This document shows, piece after piece, positions 62,667 through 64,000 of a DNA stretch of 64,000 nucleotides. This DNA is from Octopus bimaculoides (lineage: Eukaryota): the NCBI RefSeq assembly GCF_001194135.2, contig NC_068984.1:16413963-16477962 (forward strand), in the 5' to 3' direction. The notes under the pieces are model-generated. The model did not search any database. It was not told the origin of the DNA and saw nothing but the letters and a program-made list of their open reading frames with translations. Within the stretch, counting starts at the first letter, position 1. Each line of letters begins with the position of its first letter. The translations under genes were made by a program, and so were the position numbers.

Positions 62667-63062
62667 AGTAAATATATGTGCTGTAATGTATTGACATCCG
62701 ATAGGGTTCTTACTAATCACGTAACTGGTGAGAAACTTATTGAAAACGTATTATCACGTAATTGAAAGTCTCGTAATGTTGTATATGTAATACATTGTGG
62801 TGAGTGTGGAGTACAATATATAAGTCAAAGGACTCGAGTATTACATCAACGTCTCAATGGACATAGACAAGCCGTTAAGTTAAGTCTCTCGGTGTATTTA
62901 TGAATATCTTACGATACATAATGAAGGGTTTGATTGCTTTAGGATAAAGATAAGAGACTGTGTATCAGATGAGGTTGAATCAACAAAGCACTACTAGGAA
63001 AAGAAAATTTTTAGTTAATAGCACTCTGCAGTATATACATACCCTTTGGACCTCAATGATAA
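62667..63062 (+). pseudogene. Penelope-type GIY-YIG endonuclease remnant (second subtype)
   Basis: YMCCNV...NHVTGE...KSRNVVYVIHCGECGVQYISQRTRVLHQRLNGHR, then (frameshifts) HNEGFDCFRIKI and LGKENF*LIALCSIYIPFG. Confidence 0.82.
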
Positions 63063-64000
63063 GGCTGTTGGAAGATGGAACAGTATCATGTGAAAATGAA
63101 GGAAACGCTTCTTTTTTTTTTATCTTAGTCAATTTTAAGGAGGCAACGTAGCCATGAAATGTAGAGTAAAGATGGTGAGAAATTACACAAAGATCTATAG
63201 GTAATGTGGAAATAGCTAAATGGATTATAGCCCGAGTGTTACGTTCTGTTCAGATCATATTCGTTAAAGACGCTCAACAGATTAAAGAGTATACGTAGTA
63301 AAAATATCATGGATGTGAGTTCTTGATAATTAGTTTTTCTGGTCGATTATTTAAAGATGCTAAAAAAAAAAGATGTCAAAAAAAAAGTAAAGAAGGAATT
63401 CATAACTGTGCCCTTTGTTACTAAAACTATGGATAAAATGGATTTAAATACAGTTTTTGAAGATGGAAGTATAGACGATCTTTTACTTATTGGAGTTATG
63501 TGTTGTGTATGTGTGTGTACACACACACACCACATATACATAGTTAAAAAATATACAAAAAATACACAAAACATAGAAACAGTTGAAAAATCAACAAACA
63601 GGGTGTGTTTGTGTTAGTTTGTCTCAGGAAAAATGGAAGAAGTCTTTGACGTTTCAGGCCTACGCTCTTCCACAGAAGGAAATGAGAGAAAACAGATGGA
63701 GGGGTAAGAAAAAAACTGGAGAAAAAAGATGTTTCGTGTTTGAATTAACAGTTGAGCTGACCGGAAGGAAGGAAGGAGGTGACAGTATATATATAATTAT
63801 ATGTATTTCTTCTATCTTAATGAATAAAAATTCTTCGGATAGAATAAATGGGTTAATAGGAACCAATGTAGCAAAGAACACAAAATAACTGTGGTGTAGT
63901 TCCTGTTTTTAAGGCAGGAACTCCTTGAAATTTTGGGTATTTGACTCGGTCATAATGTCTTACGTTTAAGATGATTCCCATGCATTCCCTGAAGAGAAGG

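Overview
This is a eukaryotic, AT-rich, repeat-dense draft-genome window with about 4.5 kb of N gaps. The SINE families and microsatellite load look like a cephalopod, most likely Octopus (inference). I found no intact host protein-coding gene, rRNA, genuine tRNA or CRISPR array; almost all long ORFs in the track are microsatellite or N artefacts. The window contains many tRNA-derived SINEs (at least 4 modular families), hAT/pogo/Tc1 MITEs with TIRs and TSDs, and decayed mariner, RTE and RLE-type LINE fragments. It also holds an ORF1-only L1/Tx1-like element, three Penelope-like (GIY-YIG) remnants, several hammerhead-ribozyme motifs, four copies of one ~1.1 kb LTR family (one TRIM-like pair with a tRNA-Trp PBS), and a 50-bp minisatellite. 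The most unusual signal is at 58963-59250: about 7 units of an LTR 3' end plus tRNA-Trp primer-binding site, separated by variable spacers. Next to it is a 321-bp Penelope mini-insertion with a 13-bp TSD, an inverted arm and an intact minimal hammerhead ribozyme. All alignments and translations were done by eye; no database searches were run.
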